Source: Bdellovibrionales bacterium
Lineage (GTDB): Bacteria; Bdellovibrionota; Bdellovibrionia; Bdellovibrionales; UBA1609
NCBI GenBank assembly: GCA_965199825.1
Contig: OZ241329.1
Span: 32,001-96,000 of the forward strand
Direction: 5' to 3'
DNA: 64,000 nucleotides
Below, one piece after another: positions 9,930 to 19,557 of this stretch; within the stretch, counting starts at the first letter, position 1, and each line of letters begins with the position of its first letter. The notes below the pieces were generated by a model. It saw only the letters and a program-made list of their open reading frames with translations. It ran no database searches and was not told the origin of the DNA. A program made the translations under genes and the position numbers.

Positions 9930-11276
9930 ATGACTTTGCAGCAAGAAATTGAAATGCGGCAATTGGGGGCTTCGCCCGAAGTGGCTGAGCTTTTGTCCAC
10001 ATGGGCCTCACTTCCTACAAGCCAACATATTGAAACCTTTTTCAATTTGCCCCGTCACCAAGGTGAAGAGCTGTTTTTAGAGCTCTCGGCCAAGGATCAA
10101 TCAGAAATTTACGCTGTCCTCCCCGCCATCGATCGTAGGTCCTGGCTTCGACTCTTAGCACCCGATGATGTGGTCGACTTGCTCCAAGAGCTTGGCGAAG
10201 AGGCAAAGCCCGATGCGCTTGCCGTATTAGATTCGCAAACCCGCACCGAGGTGATTGCCCTTTTGGCCTATGCCGAAGACAAAGCGGGTGGTCTGATGAA
10301 CTCGCGCTTTGCAAGACTACGTCCCGAGATGACGGTCGAGGCCGCGATTCGCTACCTTCGTGCACAAACCAGATCCGATGTCGAAACGATTTATTATGCT
10401 TACGTGCTCGATAACTCGCAACATCTGTTAGGAGTGGTGTCGCTCCGATTGCTTTTTACCTCGCGGCCCGAAAAACAAATTCAAGAGATCATGATGACCG
10501 GAAAAGATCTGGTCACACTTCCAGACACGATGGACCAAGAAGAGATCTCAAAGTTTTTTTCAAAAAAAGAATATGTCTCTCTCCCCGTGGTGGATTCTGA
10601 AAATCGAATGAAGGGGATCGTCACCATCGACGATATTGTTCAAGTGGTTCAAGAAGAAGCCACCGAAGATATTCAAAAAATGGGCGGAATGGAAGCCATC
10701 GACGGACCTTATTTTAAAATCGCATTTCCGGTGATGATTCGAAAGCGTGCAGGTTGGCTACTTGCTCTATTTATCGGCGAAATGTTTACCGCAACCGCCA
10801 TGGGATATTACAAAGACGAAATCGAGCGCGCGGTTGTGCTCACTTTATTTTTGCCACTCATTATTTCGAGCGGCGGAAATTCGGGATCGCAGGCAACAAC
10901 ATTGATAATTCGTGCGATGGCGCTTGGTGATGTAAGGCTTAAAGATTGGTGGCGTGTGATGGTCAAAGAGTCGGCCTCAGGCCTCGTGCTCGGATTGATC
11001 TTGGGCTTTGTTGGGCTTTTAAGAATTATGTTTTGGCCCTTGCGCGAATCTCTCTATGGCCCGCACTACGCATTGATCGCGGTGGCTGTCGCCATCAGTC
11101 TGATTGGTGTGGTTTTGTGGGGAACGCTCACCGGATCGATGTTGCCGTTTTTGCTCCGTCGATTGGGATTTGATCCTGCCGCAGCGTCGGCCCCTTTTGT
11201 TGCCACATTGGTCGATGTGACGGGGCTCGTGATTTACTTTACGGTTGCGAGTGTGATCTTAGGGGGCGTTTTTTGA
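9930..11276 (+). CDS. mgtE: Magnesium transporter MgtE
   Basis: MgtE-N, CBS pair (AGGLM, LPVVD, GIVTIDD), GGNSGSQ and DPAAASAPFVATLVD transmembrane motifs. Confidence 0.96.
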   Translation: MTLQQEIEMRQLGASPEVAELLSTWASLPTSQHIETFFNLPRHQGEELFLELSAKDQSEIYAVLPAIDRRSWLRLLAPDDVVDLLQELGEEAKPDALAVLDSQTRTEVIALLAYAEDKAGGLMNSRFARLRPEMTVEAAIRYLRAQTRSDVETIYYAYVLDNSQHLLGVVSLRLLFTSRPEKQIQEIMMTGKDLVTLPDTMDQEEISKFFSKKEYVSLPVVDSENRMKGIVTIDDIVQVVQEEATEDIQKMGGMEAIDGPYFKIAFPVMIRKRAGWLLALFIGEMFTATAMGYYKDEIERAVVLTLFLPLIISSGGNSGSQATTLIIRAMALGDVRLKDWWRVMVKESASGLVLGLILGFVGLLRIMFWPLRESLYGPHYALIAVAVAISLIGVVLWGTLTGSMLPFLLRRLGFDPAAASAPFVATLVDVTGLVIYFTVASVILGGVF

Positions 11277-11522
11277 GTAGTCTTTGCTATTCAACGTCAT
11301 CTCAACAATACGGTGGCACTTTTCAAGAGTGGCTCTGGCATATGTTGGATCTACACTCATGCAGTCTCGCACCAAAAAATTGAACATATCGTCTCTCATA
11401 CGTACCGTCATAACCTCGGGATGAGTTGCGATCATTGCTTTAAGAATTAGCCCATCGGGATTGCGTGGCATCGCCATACTGATCGAGGGAATCGTGATTA
11501 AGATCGCAAGTAGTGATTTCAT
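11259..11522 (-). CDS. Small secreted hypothetical protein
   Basis: GGAGGTG RBS before ATG at 11522; signal peptide MKSLLAILITIPSISMA; 87 aa. Confidence 0.65.
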   Translation of the reverse strand: MKSLLAILITIPSISMAMPRNPDGLILKAMIATHPEVMTVRMRDDMFNFLVRDCMSVDPTYARATLEKCHRIVEMTLNSKDYSKNAP

Positions 11523-11632
11523 AACACCTCCAGTGTCTGCTGATTTGATTGCAAACCTCTGGGCCGCCCGAAATTCACCGTGGACTTGGCTTTGTGCAAA
11601 TGGGTGCATTGGGGCGCGGAAATCGTCACAGC

Positions 11633-12958
11633 TCATTTCGATCGTGCTGAACGAGATGAATAACCTTCGTTCACCAGCAAGTTCTGACATGCTCTTTGTG
11701 TCCAGTCTTGATGGATCTGTCTTGCACGAGCCGACCGATTTTTAAGTCGGCTGAGATGATCAACAATTAATTTTAGATTTTTATGCGAAGAATTTGCTCG
11801 ATCCACTTCGCTCCAATACGTTTTATAAAGGAGATCGACCGCACCCTTGAAGGGTGGCTCCGATAAATCTTCGAGATATTCGCCTAGCGTTAGAATCGCA
11901 ATGTATCGCACTTCAGAGTTTGTGTGATCAAGCAATTCGGAAAGTGTCGCCTTCGACCCGGGAGCAGCGTCGAAAAAATGTCTCACTTGAAGTATTTGAT
12001 AATCCACACGCTCGTCGCGCGAAAGTTGCGAAGGGGGCTCACCCCAAAAAAGCTGCTGGGCCATTTCGTTATTTGCTCTTTCGATACTCGCAAAAACAAT
12101 ATCTATAATGTGATCTTGAGCGACGAGATCGAGGTGACGCTCAAAACGATTCTTCCCTTTGAAAAAACCAAGAATCACTTTTAATAAATGAGATTTTAAT
12201 ATTTCCTCGTTGGGGGCTGCGGATGACCAGGTTTGAATCGGATTGTGATCGCCACTTCGTTTCGATGCAAAAAAGAACCGACCGAACATATTGAAGTAAG
12301 CGTTGAATGCATTGATTCGAGGGTCAAAAGTTTCGGAGGCGGCTGAAAGCAACAACGTGGTGGCCGCAATCGCAGGTGCGAGAGTGCTGCCGTAAGAAAC
12401 ACCCTCTCCATCAGTTGAAGTGTAGACCTCAAAGGTAATATGTTTAGGCCACGTTGATTTTTTTAGGTGTTCAATCACTCCTCCCGAACTGCAATAATCT
12501 AAAAACAATCTCAATTTCAGTTCTTGATTGGGCGAAACGTCTTTTAAAACTGAAACTAAGAAAGATTTAAGTTCACGATGCGAGATATCACTCTGGGTGT
12601 AGCCGTCATGACAACTGAGTCGATTGGTATCACCATGACTCTGAATCACCAAATCGATCACTGCGGGGCCATCGAATGTGCGGGCGTTTGCCATCACATC
12701 TCGCACCGAATTTTGAAACGAGAACGCTTGCGCCGTTTTGGCCTTGAAAGGAATCATCGGGTTCAAATGGGTTTGGGTGCGAATCCATCTTACGTTTTCA
12801 TTCAAATCTTCCAGGTTTTTAAGGGCTGTAAACGTTTGAGTTGAGGAGTCATTAAGGTCAAACCAAGGCGCCCAAAATAAAATTGCATGGTAGCCCGTGA
12901 CAGGTTGAGCATAGGAGGGCGAAAATCCAAATAGAAATAAAAATACAATTTTGTTCAT
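11633..12958 (-). CDS. Secreted putative clan CD (caspase/legumain-like) cysteine peptidase with a C-terminal HEAT-like segment
   Basis: Signal peptide from ATG 12958; LVIQSHG and LFLDYCSSG His-Gly/Asp-x-Cys dyad pattern; LLDHTNSEVRYIAILTLGE HEAT-like repeat. Confidence 0.55.
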   Translation of the reverse strand: MNKIVFLFLFGFSPSYAQPVTGYHAILFWAPWFDLNDSSTQTFTALKNLEDLNENVRWIRTQTHLNPMIPFKAKTAQAFSFQNSVRDVMANARTFDGPAVIDLVIQSHGDTNRLSCHDGYTQSDISHRELKSFLVSVLKDVSPNQELKLRLFLDYCSSGGVIEHLKKSTWPKHITFEVYTSTDGEGVSYGSTLAPAIAATTLLLSAASETFDPRINAFNAYFNMFGRFFFASKRSGDHNPIQTWSSAAPNEEILKSHLLKVILGFFKGKNRFERHLDLVAQDHIIDIVFASIERANNEMAQQLFWGEPPSQLSRDERVDYQILQVRHFFDAAPGSKATLSELLDHTNSEVRYIAILTLGEYLEDLSEPPFKGAVDLLYKTYWSEVDRANSSHKNLKLIVDHLSRLKNRSARARQIHQDWTQRACQNLLVNEGYSSRSARSK

Positions 12959-13268
12959 TTCATAAACCCTTAGCTTTATTTTGAGTTGCAATAAAGATTT
13001 GTTTACAAAAATGAAATATGTCATCGCTGATCCGCCGCCCCTCTTTGTATTTTAAAAAAATTATTCGAAACAAACAAAAAGTGACCGATGCTTAAGTCAT
13101 TCGCGATATGGTCAAAATTGCTTTCACCGGCTCTGACCGGTCTAGATTTGTAAGATATCGTTTTCAAATATAATTTGTATTGTGACAAACTATCTAAATG
13201 AAAATTATTTTTGTTGAGCTTTTAGCTGTTTGGACAAAAAAGACGTACTCCCTAATACCGCTGAACTT

Positions 13269-13742
13269 ATGTCTCTAAGCACAAACGACGACAGCTTTAC
13301 GATTGAGTCCAATGATAGCGGCAATCAGAATGCGGCACTCATGGCCGGAGGACTGAGTCTTCATTTTTTATTTTAACAATAAAACATATTGAGTTCAAAA
13401 AACACACCGCCCACCTATCATTTAGAGATAGTTTTGAATTCAGGACAAAGAATGAAACTGGGGCGTTGGTCATTATCAGCAGAAGAGATTGAGATGGAAG
13501 CACAAAATCTTTCGACTGCTCTTAGTGTTCCCTTAGATCCGACTTACCTGCCTATTTATCATCTCAGTCGTCGATCTGTGACAATCGCGCTGATTGGGTC
13601 CATTGCTGGTTACGCGATTTATTATCGTATGAAATTTGGACCATGGTGTGCGGGAATGTGGTATGGAAGTGCTCCACTGCGTATCATCCTCATCCTCTTC
13701 GTCAATATCCTTTTTATTTTGCGATTCAAGAGAGTTGAATGA
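13269..13742 (+). pseudogene. Probable degraded membrane-protein gene
   Basis: An ATG-start 35-codon fragment stops at ~13376. A TTG-start ORF 13389-13742 with two hydrophobic segments follows. AT-rich context. Confidence 0.4.
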
Positions 13743-13767
13743 CTCTGTCCCGCAGAACTCAGAATAG

Positions 13768-14952
13768 TTAATCGCACAAAACAAAAAACGCCGAAAGATA
13801 GTTTCCTTCTGGAAATAATACCGAAGCCGCATGATCAGGGGAAGGCCCACTGGTTTGTAAAACTTTGAGAGTGCGCGAAGTTTCGCGTGAGACTTTGCGC
13901 AAGGTCTTTAAGATTTCGTTTTCACCCATGGCGTGGCTGCACGAGCAGGAGACTAGGAGTCCCCCGCTATTTAAAGATAAAACGGCACGCAGATTGAGAT
14001 CGTAAAAAGCCCGAGCTGCAGCTTCGCGGTGTTCACTGTCGCGAGCAAGAGGTGGAGGATCAAGAATCACGCAGTCGGTTTTTTGTCCTGACTTATGAAA
14101 GGCACGCAAAAATTCAAAGGCATCGGACCGGACCACATCGACCGTCACTTCATTGAGTTCGGCATTTTTTTGATACGTATCCAATGCGATTTGCGAGGAG
14201 TCGACGCCTGTGACCTTTATCCCCGCCTTTTGAAGATGCAAACCAAAGCCTCCCTCAAAAGAGCACACATCAAGCGCTGTTTTCACATCAAGTTGCTGGG
14301 CCCATCTTAGAGCAAGCAAATGATTTTGGCGTTGATCGAGATAAGCTCCTGTTTTTTGCGACTGGCCAGGCTGCATCCACCACTTTAATCCATTCCAGTT
14401 GTACACCGAAGCTTCGCCCTCGAATGTGACATCCTCAAGACTTAAACCTTCTTTTAATCGCACCTTGGCATTGCGGCGCTCGATGATGTCACAATCCCTT
14501 CCAAAGGCTGAGCGGATTGCCTGCAAAATTGTTTTCCAAAAATATTCGACCGGTGCAGATTGAATTTGGCACACCACTTTGTTTTCAAAAACGTCGATCA
14601 CCAACCCAGGGAGGCCGTCATTTTCGGCAAACACCCAGCGAAAGAGTGCATCACCGCCAACCAAATTTTGTTTAATGGCCAGTAAATTTTTAAGATGATG
14701 GGTCAATGGTTCTAAAAGCAATTTTTCAAATTGTTCATTGCTCACAACGATATCACTGAGCTCGGCGTTGATTTTTATTTCGCGAAGACGCAGATGACTT
14801 TGGGGCGACAAAAAAAACAACCGCCCCCCGATCGGGATCACACAGGGAACTTGCGGCAATTTTTGGGCAAGATGTTTTGCGGTAATCCATGGATGATTGG
14901 ACCGCCAAACTTTTAGGCCCTCAGGATTTAATAAAGCTTCGATGCGACTCAT
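13768..14952 (-). CDS. Class I SAM-dependent rRNA methyltransferase (RlmI-like)
   Basis: HPWI, ENDGLPGLVID, QKTGAYLDQR, ILDPPP and SCSCS motifs. Confidence 0.88.
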   Translation of the reverse strand: MSRIEALLNPEGLKVWRSNHPWITAKHLAQKLPQVPCVIPIGGRLFFLSPQSHLRLREIKINAELSDIVVSNEQFEKLLLEPLTHHLKNLLAIKQNLVGGDALFRWVFAENDGLPGLVIDVFENKVVCQIQSAPVEYFWKTILQAIRSAFGRDCDIIERRNAKVRLKEGLSLEDVTFEGEASVYNWNGLKWWMQPGQSQKTGAYLDQRQNHLLALRWAQQLDVKTALDVCSFEGGFGLHLQKAGIKVTGVDSSQIALDTYQKNAELNEVTVDVVRSDAFEFLRAFHKSGQKTDCVILDPPPLARDSEHREAAARAFYDLNLRAVLSLNSGGLLVSCSCSHAMGENEILKTLRKVSRETSRTLKVLQTSGPSPDHAASVLFPEGNYLSAFFVLCD

Positions 14953-15818
14953 TCGAACAACAGAGGCAGAATAAGCTGCGAGGATTTTGAAGCTTTGGGA
15001 AATTTTAAAAGTTTTAGATTTTTTTTAAGTGGCACGACCACAGATGAATCAAGGATCGAACTTGCCAAAACCAAAATTTTTGCAACAGATCCGCTGGCAT
15101 TGATATCCAATCTGAGGCTCAAAAAACCCAAAGGATTCGTACCTTCGCTCGCATGAGCCACCACCTGTGCAACTTCGTTGGAGAGAAAGCCCTCAAGATT
15201 TTTGTGAGACTCAAGTCCCCCGTGAACAAAGGGGCAAGGGTCCATAAACCAGCCGTGAATCACGAGGCGGCCATTCATCGGATTTTTTTCGCCTTCCACT
15301 CTTTTGACACCGTGAGGGATGCGCGGATCAAAAACCAACAACTGATTAAACTCGGGTGCGACCTCTTCAAAAATATCGGAGACCTCAAGACCTTTTTGCC
15401 AAATCGGCTTTTCCCAATATTTAAGAATATCGGGTTTGATCATGAGTGTTTCGCCGCCTTTAAAGGTGCGCTGCTCCCAATTTGTTAAAGAATACACAAA
15501 AGCCCATGGACCTTGAGGCACATCGGCATGCAGATTTTGAAAACAGCCATCGGTGTAACAACTCAGCCATGGGCTTGAGACCATCGCACACCCAAATTGA
15601 AATTGCGCCAGCTCCAATAATTTTGAATAAAACTTTTGATACAAATCTTTTGGAAAATAATGAAGAGCCGGAGTTCTCAACAACGAGTATTGATTTTCGA
15701 TATGCCAGTAGTCCCAAACGAATTTATCGGCACGAGCTTGACGAGGATTTGCGAATTGTTTGTCGATATGACCACGAAGTTTTGGAGCCACTGAACTGAA
15801 TTTTTTAAATGTTTGCAC
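14949..15818 (-). CDS. 2OG-Fe(II) oxygenase superfamily protein
   Basis: HAD (HxD) ... FKGGET ... FDPRIPHGV ... GRLVIHGWF. Start uncertain (GTG 15818; ORF open to 15869). Confidence 0.8.
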   Translation of the reverse strand: MQTFKKFSSVAPKLRGHIDKQFANPRQARADKFVWDYWHIENQYSLLRTPALHYFPKDLYQKFYSKLLELAQFQFGCAMVSSPWLSCYTDGCFQNLHADVPQGPWAFVYSLTNWEQRTFKGGETLMIKPDILKYWEKPIWQKGLEVSDIFEEVAPEFNQLLVFDPRIPHGVKRVEGEKNPMNGRLVIHGWFMDPCPFVHGGLESHKNLEGFLSNEVAQVVAHASEGTNPLGFLSLRLDINASGSVAKILVLASSILDSSVVVPLKKNLKLLKFPKASKSSQLILPLLFE

Positions 15819-15896
15819 CGCGGGACATTTACAGCTTTTAACGCAGATGTCAAAACCGCACTTTACCAATTAAACAATTTTTGTAACACTTTGGAT

Positions 15897-16384
15897 ATGA
15901 TTTTTTTATTTCTTCTTTGGGCCCAGGCCCAAAACTTTCATTGCCAGGTTATGCCCCAATCTTTTGATATGAATGGGACAACCATCTCCTCGCCCACCCA
16001 TCCGACTCAGGTGCTCGAATCTCAGTCGATGTGTCCCAAAGAAAAAAATGAACACTACAATGTGATCTGTCTCTATGAAGCCCTTTGTCGCCCGGTTTCG
16101 GAAAAGGAGTGCGAAGAGCTCCACCCGATTTTACTCCGCATGAGGCGATGGTGGAATATCTCAAAGGGCGTCTTCATCGCTCGTCGTTGGTGTGTTTGGG
16201 AAAAGCGACCATTAGAGATGGCAACATTACCGATCCTCATTGCGAGGAGCCTGCGGATTGTAAAAAGCGCGAGATTCTCTACAACTACATGTCCCCAGAG
16301 ATGACCCCCAAAGATCTTTTTAAGATGCCTCACGACACCACTCAAAATGTGAATGTTCCGAACGCAGCCTGGGAGACTCAATGA
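15897..16384 (+). pseudogene. Frameshifted secreted Cys-containing protein (pseudogene or sequencing error)
   Basis: The signal-peptide frame (MIFLFLLWAQA) loses protein-like character near 16110. A second frame (RRAPPDFTPHEAMVEYLKGR...) runs to 16384, overlapping the next ATG. Confidence 0.55.
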
Positions 16385-16617
16385 CGATGTTATTATTTTT
16401 GGTCAGCGCTTTTGCGGCGGGCTCGATGAATCTTAAAGGAACACTTCGCAATACTTCGCCCGAATCGATCGACATTGAATCAGGCGGATGGGTGTACACT
16501 CTCAAAAATAAAAAACTGGGTGCTCAAGAATTAAAATTTTTGAAGTCCAAAAAAAGTTTGGACAAGGTTGATATCTGGGTCAATTTTGCCGCAATTCAAA
16601 AAACCAAAAAACTTTAA
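16381..16617 (+). CDS. Small secreted hypothetical protein
   Basis: Signal peptide ending AFA; GGGAG RBS; ATGA overlap with the upstream frame. Confidence 0.6.
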   Translation: MTMLLFLVSAFAAGSMNLKGTLRNTSPESIDIESGGWVYTLKNKKLGAQELKFLKSKKSLDKVDIWVNFAAIQKTKKL

Positions 16618-17417
16618 GTGGGTTTGATTTTTTTATTCGTCATCGCTTTTAGATATTCAATGATCTCTTGAATCACTTGATCTCGATTTTCGATTTTCTT
16701 CAGCGGCGGCATCACGGTGTTGTAGCGAATGCTTGTGGGATCAGAAATCCACTGATGAAGCATCGATTCCTTAAAATATTCTGTCACATTCACCGGATAA
16801 TTGAGTTCGGGCCCTCGATTGCCCCCATTGCCGTTGAGCGCATGGCACACCAAACAATTGTTGCGGAAGTGTTGAAATCCTTTTAGGACTTCCATCGAAC
16901 TTTGATCGGGCGGCGAAATTTTTGGGTACTGCTCTTTGAATGAAACACGATCAACCGTTTTAATCCCAAAGGGCCAATTGAGAACATCAGACTGCCTTAA
17001 AGTTTGGTCATCAAGATTTTTCCAAACAAGATAATAGGGGCCAACCTCACGGATGCGTCCCCCTTCGTCTTGATCCGAGATCGCAAACTTTTTTTGATCT
17101 CTTCGCCCAAAGGCCACGTAAGCTTCTTTGTTCAAAAATCTTTCGGCAGCGATCGCGGGCTGGTAGCCGTCAACACAGGTAAATAAAAATTCGTCGGCAG
17201 AGGCATTCTTACCATAGACCTTTTGGAGTAACGAATCGAATTTGATCACGTCGTAATCCACTTCTTTTCGCTCGTGGGGCTCCCACAATTTTAAAACTTG
17301 GGGAGGTACCAAAGCTTTTAATTCTTTGAGCGAAAGAGTTTTGATTTTTTGTCCATGATTTTTAAATTCTAAACTTTGACCAAAACAAATACTTAAAAAA
17401 ATTAAAGCGTAGACCAT
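16614..17417 (-). CDS. Periplasmic c-type cytochrome with an N-terminal oxidoreductase-like domain
   Basis: Signal peptide, DGY and GPYYLVW motifs, CLVCH heme-binding motif, GPELN and a distal MPP Met ligand. Confidence 0.85.
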   Translation of the reverse strand: MVYALIFLSICFGQSLEFKNHGQKIKTLSLKELKALVPPQVLKLWEPHERKEVDYDVIKFDSLLQKVYGKNASADEFLFTCVDGYQPAIAAERFLNKEAYVAFGRRDQKKFAISDQDEGGRIREVGPYYLVWKNLDDQTLRQSDVLNWPFGIKTVDRVSFKEQYPKISPPDQSSMEVLKGFQHFRNNCLVCHALNGNGGNRGPELNYPVNVTEYFKESMLHQWISDPTSIRYNTVMPPLKKIENRDQVIQEIIEYLKAMTNKKIKPT

Positions 17418-18406
17418 GAAGCCTCTTTGATGATCTTGGCAAAACCATCCACCCAATAATCCGAATCGTTAAGGCAAGGGATCAGTTGCAAGTCTTCTCC
17501 ACCAAAAGAAATAAATGTTTCTTTGCCCGCAATCGCAATCTCCTCGAGGGTTTCTAAACAATCGGTCACAAAAGAGGGGCACACCACACCGACTCTTTTG
17601 ACACCGTTTTTGGCCAAAGTTTCGAGCTGAATATCGGTGTAGGGTTGAATCCAAGGAGTACTTCCCAATCGCGACTGAAAAAAGGTGCCGTAGGTTCCTT
17701 CTTTAAGCTTTAATTTTTTTACGAGCATTCGTGTTGTGGCAAAACTTTGGGCACGATAGCAATCGCGGTTGGCAGGGGTGATGGTGTCGCAACACTCTGC
17801 GAATCGGCAATAGTCCCCTTGAGGTAATTTTTTAAGCTGACGCTCGGGCAAACCATGATAGCTAAAAACCAAATAATCAAAATCACCACTCTCTTTTATT
17901 TTTCGGGCAACCGAATCAATAAAAGGTTCTTGGTCAAAAAAATCTTTTAAAAAAAACTTTTGGGCCGCGCTTTTTTTTGTGCTCGCCACAAAATGATCAA
18001 GAGCACTTAACGAACTTGAAGTGGCATAATGCGGATAAAGCGGAATAAAATAGATTTTATCTTCTGCCGCAGCCTTTATCTTATTTGAAAGATTATGTTT
18101 CCCATAGCGCATGCCCCAGATCACTTTAAATTCTTGACCTAAAACCCCTTGCAGCTTTTGGGCAAACTTTTGGGTGACCACCACAAGGGGCGAGCCTTCC
18201 TTGGTCCAAACTTTTTGATAGGCCTTTGCCGAGCGATATTTTCTGAAGGGTGCAATGATGCAATAAACCAACAAGGCCCGCCATAACCAAAAAATATCGA
18301 TCACCCTAAAATCCATCAGAAATTCTCTTAAGTATTTTCCCACCGCCTTGGGGTAGGGATTTTCGGGAGATCCTAAATTTTCGAGAACTAAGATTTTTTG
18401 TGCCAT
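17402..18406 (-). CDS. hemH: Ferrochelatase
   Basis: NLGSP, GSPL, MRYG, PLYPHY, FSYHGLP, FQSRLG..PWIQP and DCLETLEEI motifs. Confidence 0.95.
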   Translation of the reverse strand: MAQKILVLENLGSPENPYPKAVGKYLREFLMDFRVIDIFWLWRALLVYCIIAPFRKYRSAKAYQKVWTKEGSPLVVVTQKFAQKLQGVLGQEFKVIWGMRYGKHNLSNKIKAAAEDKIYFIPLYPHYATSSSLSALDHFVASTKKSAAQKFFLKDFFDQEPFIDSVARKIKESGDFDYLVFSYHGLPERQLKKLPQGDYCRFAECCDTITPANRDCYRAQSFATTRMLVKKLKLKEGTYGTFFQSRLGSTPWIQPYTDIQLETLAKNGVKRVGVVCPSFVTDCLETLEEIAIAGKETFISFGGEDLQLIPCLNDSDYWVDGFAKIIKEASWSTL

Positions 18407-19557
18407 TGTTCTGAGACTTTCTGGGCTTCAGACTTTGCGCGCTCGACCAACGCACTCAATCCAATTTGACCTAAATAATTGCCGACCAAAAAAACATGAT
18501 CCGGCAGTCGAAGCCGGTCAAGCTCTTGTTCTAGAGTAATAGTGTAATGTGGGAGCGCTTGTGGCCAATAGTGCATCACAAACGAAAGAGGTTGGGCTTT
18601 ACTTCCAAAACAAATTTGGCGCTGTCTTAAAATCAAATCGAGAAGTTGATTTTGATTTAACTGTAAAATCTGTTGATGCCCATATCCGCCAAGAATCCAA
18701 GTTTCTGACCAACACTCCGAACGATTTTCAAAAATACATTCGTTAAGCAAAACTCCGCGCACATCACTACTTGGAGAAAACAAAACCCCAAAGCCTTCGG
18801 GTCGATCACAATTTTCTCTTTTAAAAAACAATGTCGCCGAAACCAAACCCAAAATTTCAACTTTTTCTAAAAGCTGAGGAATCAGTTTTTGTGCCGAATA
18901 TAAGTCGGTGGCAACAACCTGAAGCCCTTGAGGTTCAATCGCTAAAACTTTTTGGTTGTGGATCGGAATACCGCTCCCAACCAAATAGGCTTTGAGTGCT
19001 TCAATAAATGCGCCCATACCTTCGCGCGGTGCGACCGTGTGAAGCCGTCGCGCTTTTGTTTTAAACAATTTTTTTAAGAGTAAACTTGCGCTCAATTCTT
19101 GGGTGTTGCCGGCGTAAATTCCCTGCACGGCCGTACTTACTATTTTTTTGAAAGTGACAAGACCAAAAGTACGAACAGTCCACTGTTTTAAAGTTTCGTT
19201 TGGTCGGGGCTCGTAGTTTTTTTTAAAAATCAAAAATCGCAAAAGCTTAATAGCGAAAATTAAACTTTGCCAAACTGTGAGGGGCCAACGGGTTAAACGG
19301 TGATAAAAAAAATAGCGTTTTCGCGATTCTCTTAATGTCGCACACAGCTCAATATTGATCTCACGAGCAAGCTCGAGCACCGCATCGCTATCTAAAAATC
19401 CATTGGCCGCGGTTTCGACCAAACCGTGTGCGGTTTTCTTGGTTTGGATCAGGCCTTCACCGTCGGCAAAGATCTCAACCGGAATTCCAAGCTTGTGGAG
19501 ATAAAACGCGACCGACAAACCAGAGATCCCTGCCCCGATCACTTTGACAGGTGTCAT
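18388..19557 (-). CDS. hemY: Protoporphyrinogen oxidase (HemY-type FAD enzyme)
   Basis: GAGISGL FAD motif, GIYAG, GFGVL, WPQALPHY and GNYLGQIG; heme operon context. Confidence 0.85.
   Translation of the reverse strand: MTPVKVIGAGISGLSVAFYLHKLGIPVEIFADGEGLIQTKKTAHGLVETAANGFLDSDAVLELAREINIELCATLRESRKRYFFYHRLTRWPLTVWQSLIFAIKLLRFLIFKKNYEPRPNETLKQWTVRTFGLVTFKKIVSTAVQGIYAGNTQELSASLLLKKLFKTKARRLHTVAPREGMGAFIEALKAYLVGSGIPIHNQKVLAIEPQGLQVVATDLYSAQKLIPQLLEKVEILGLVSATLFFKRENCDRPEGFGVLFSPSSDVRGVLLNECIFENRSECWSETWILGGYGHQQILQLNQNQLLDLILRQRQICFGSKAQPLSFVMHYWPQALPHYTITLEQELDRLRLPDHVFLVGNYLGQIGLSALVERAKSEAQKVSEQWHKKS

Noticed and set aside
9860..9930. M-box riboswitch upstream of mgtE
   Set aside because: Only a single AAGCCGA/TTGGCTT hairpin in a region too short for the ~160-nt M-box; no recognisable core.
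11549..11566. Sigma54 promoter for the small secreted gene
   Set aside because: GG-to-GC spacing is 11 rather than the required 10 nt.
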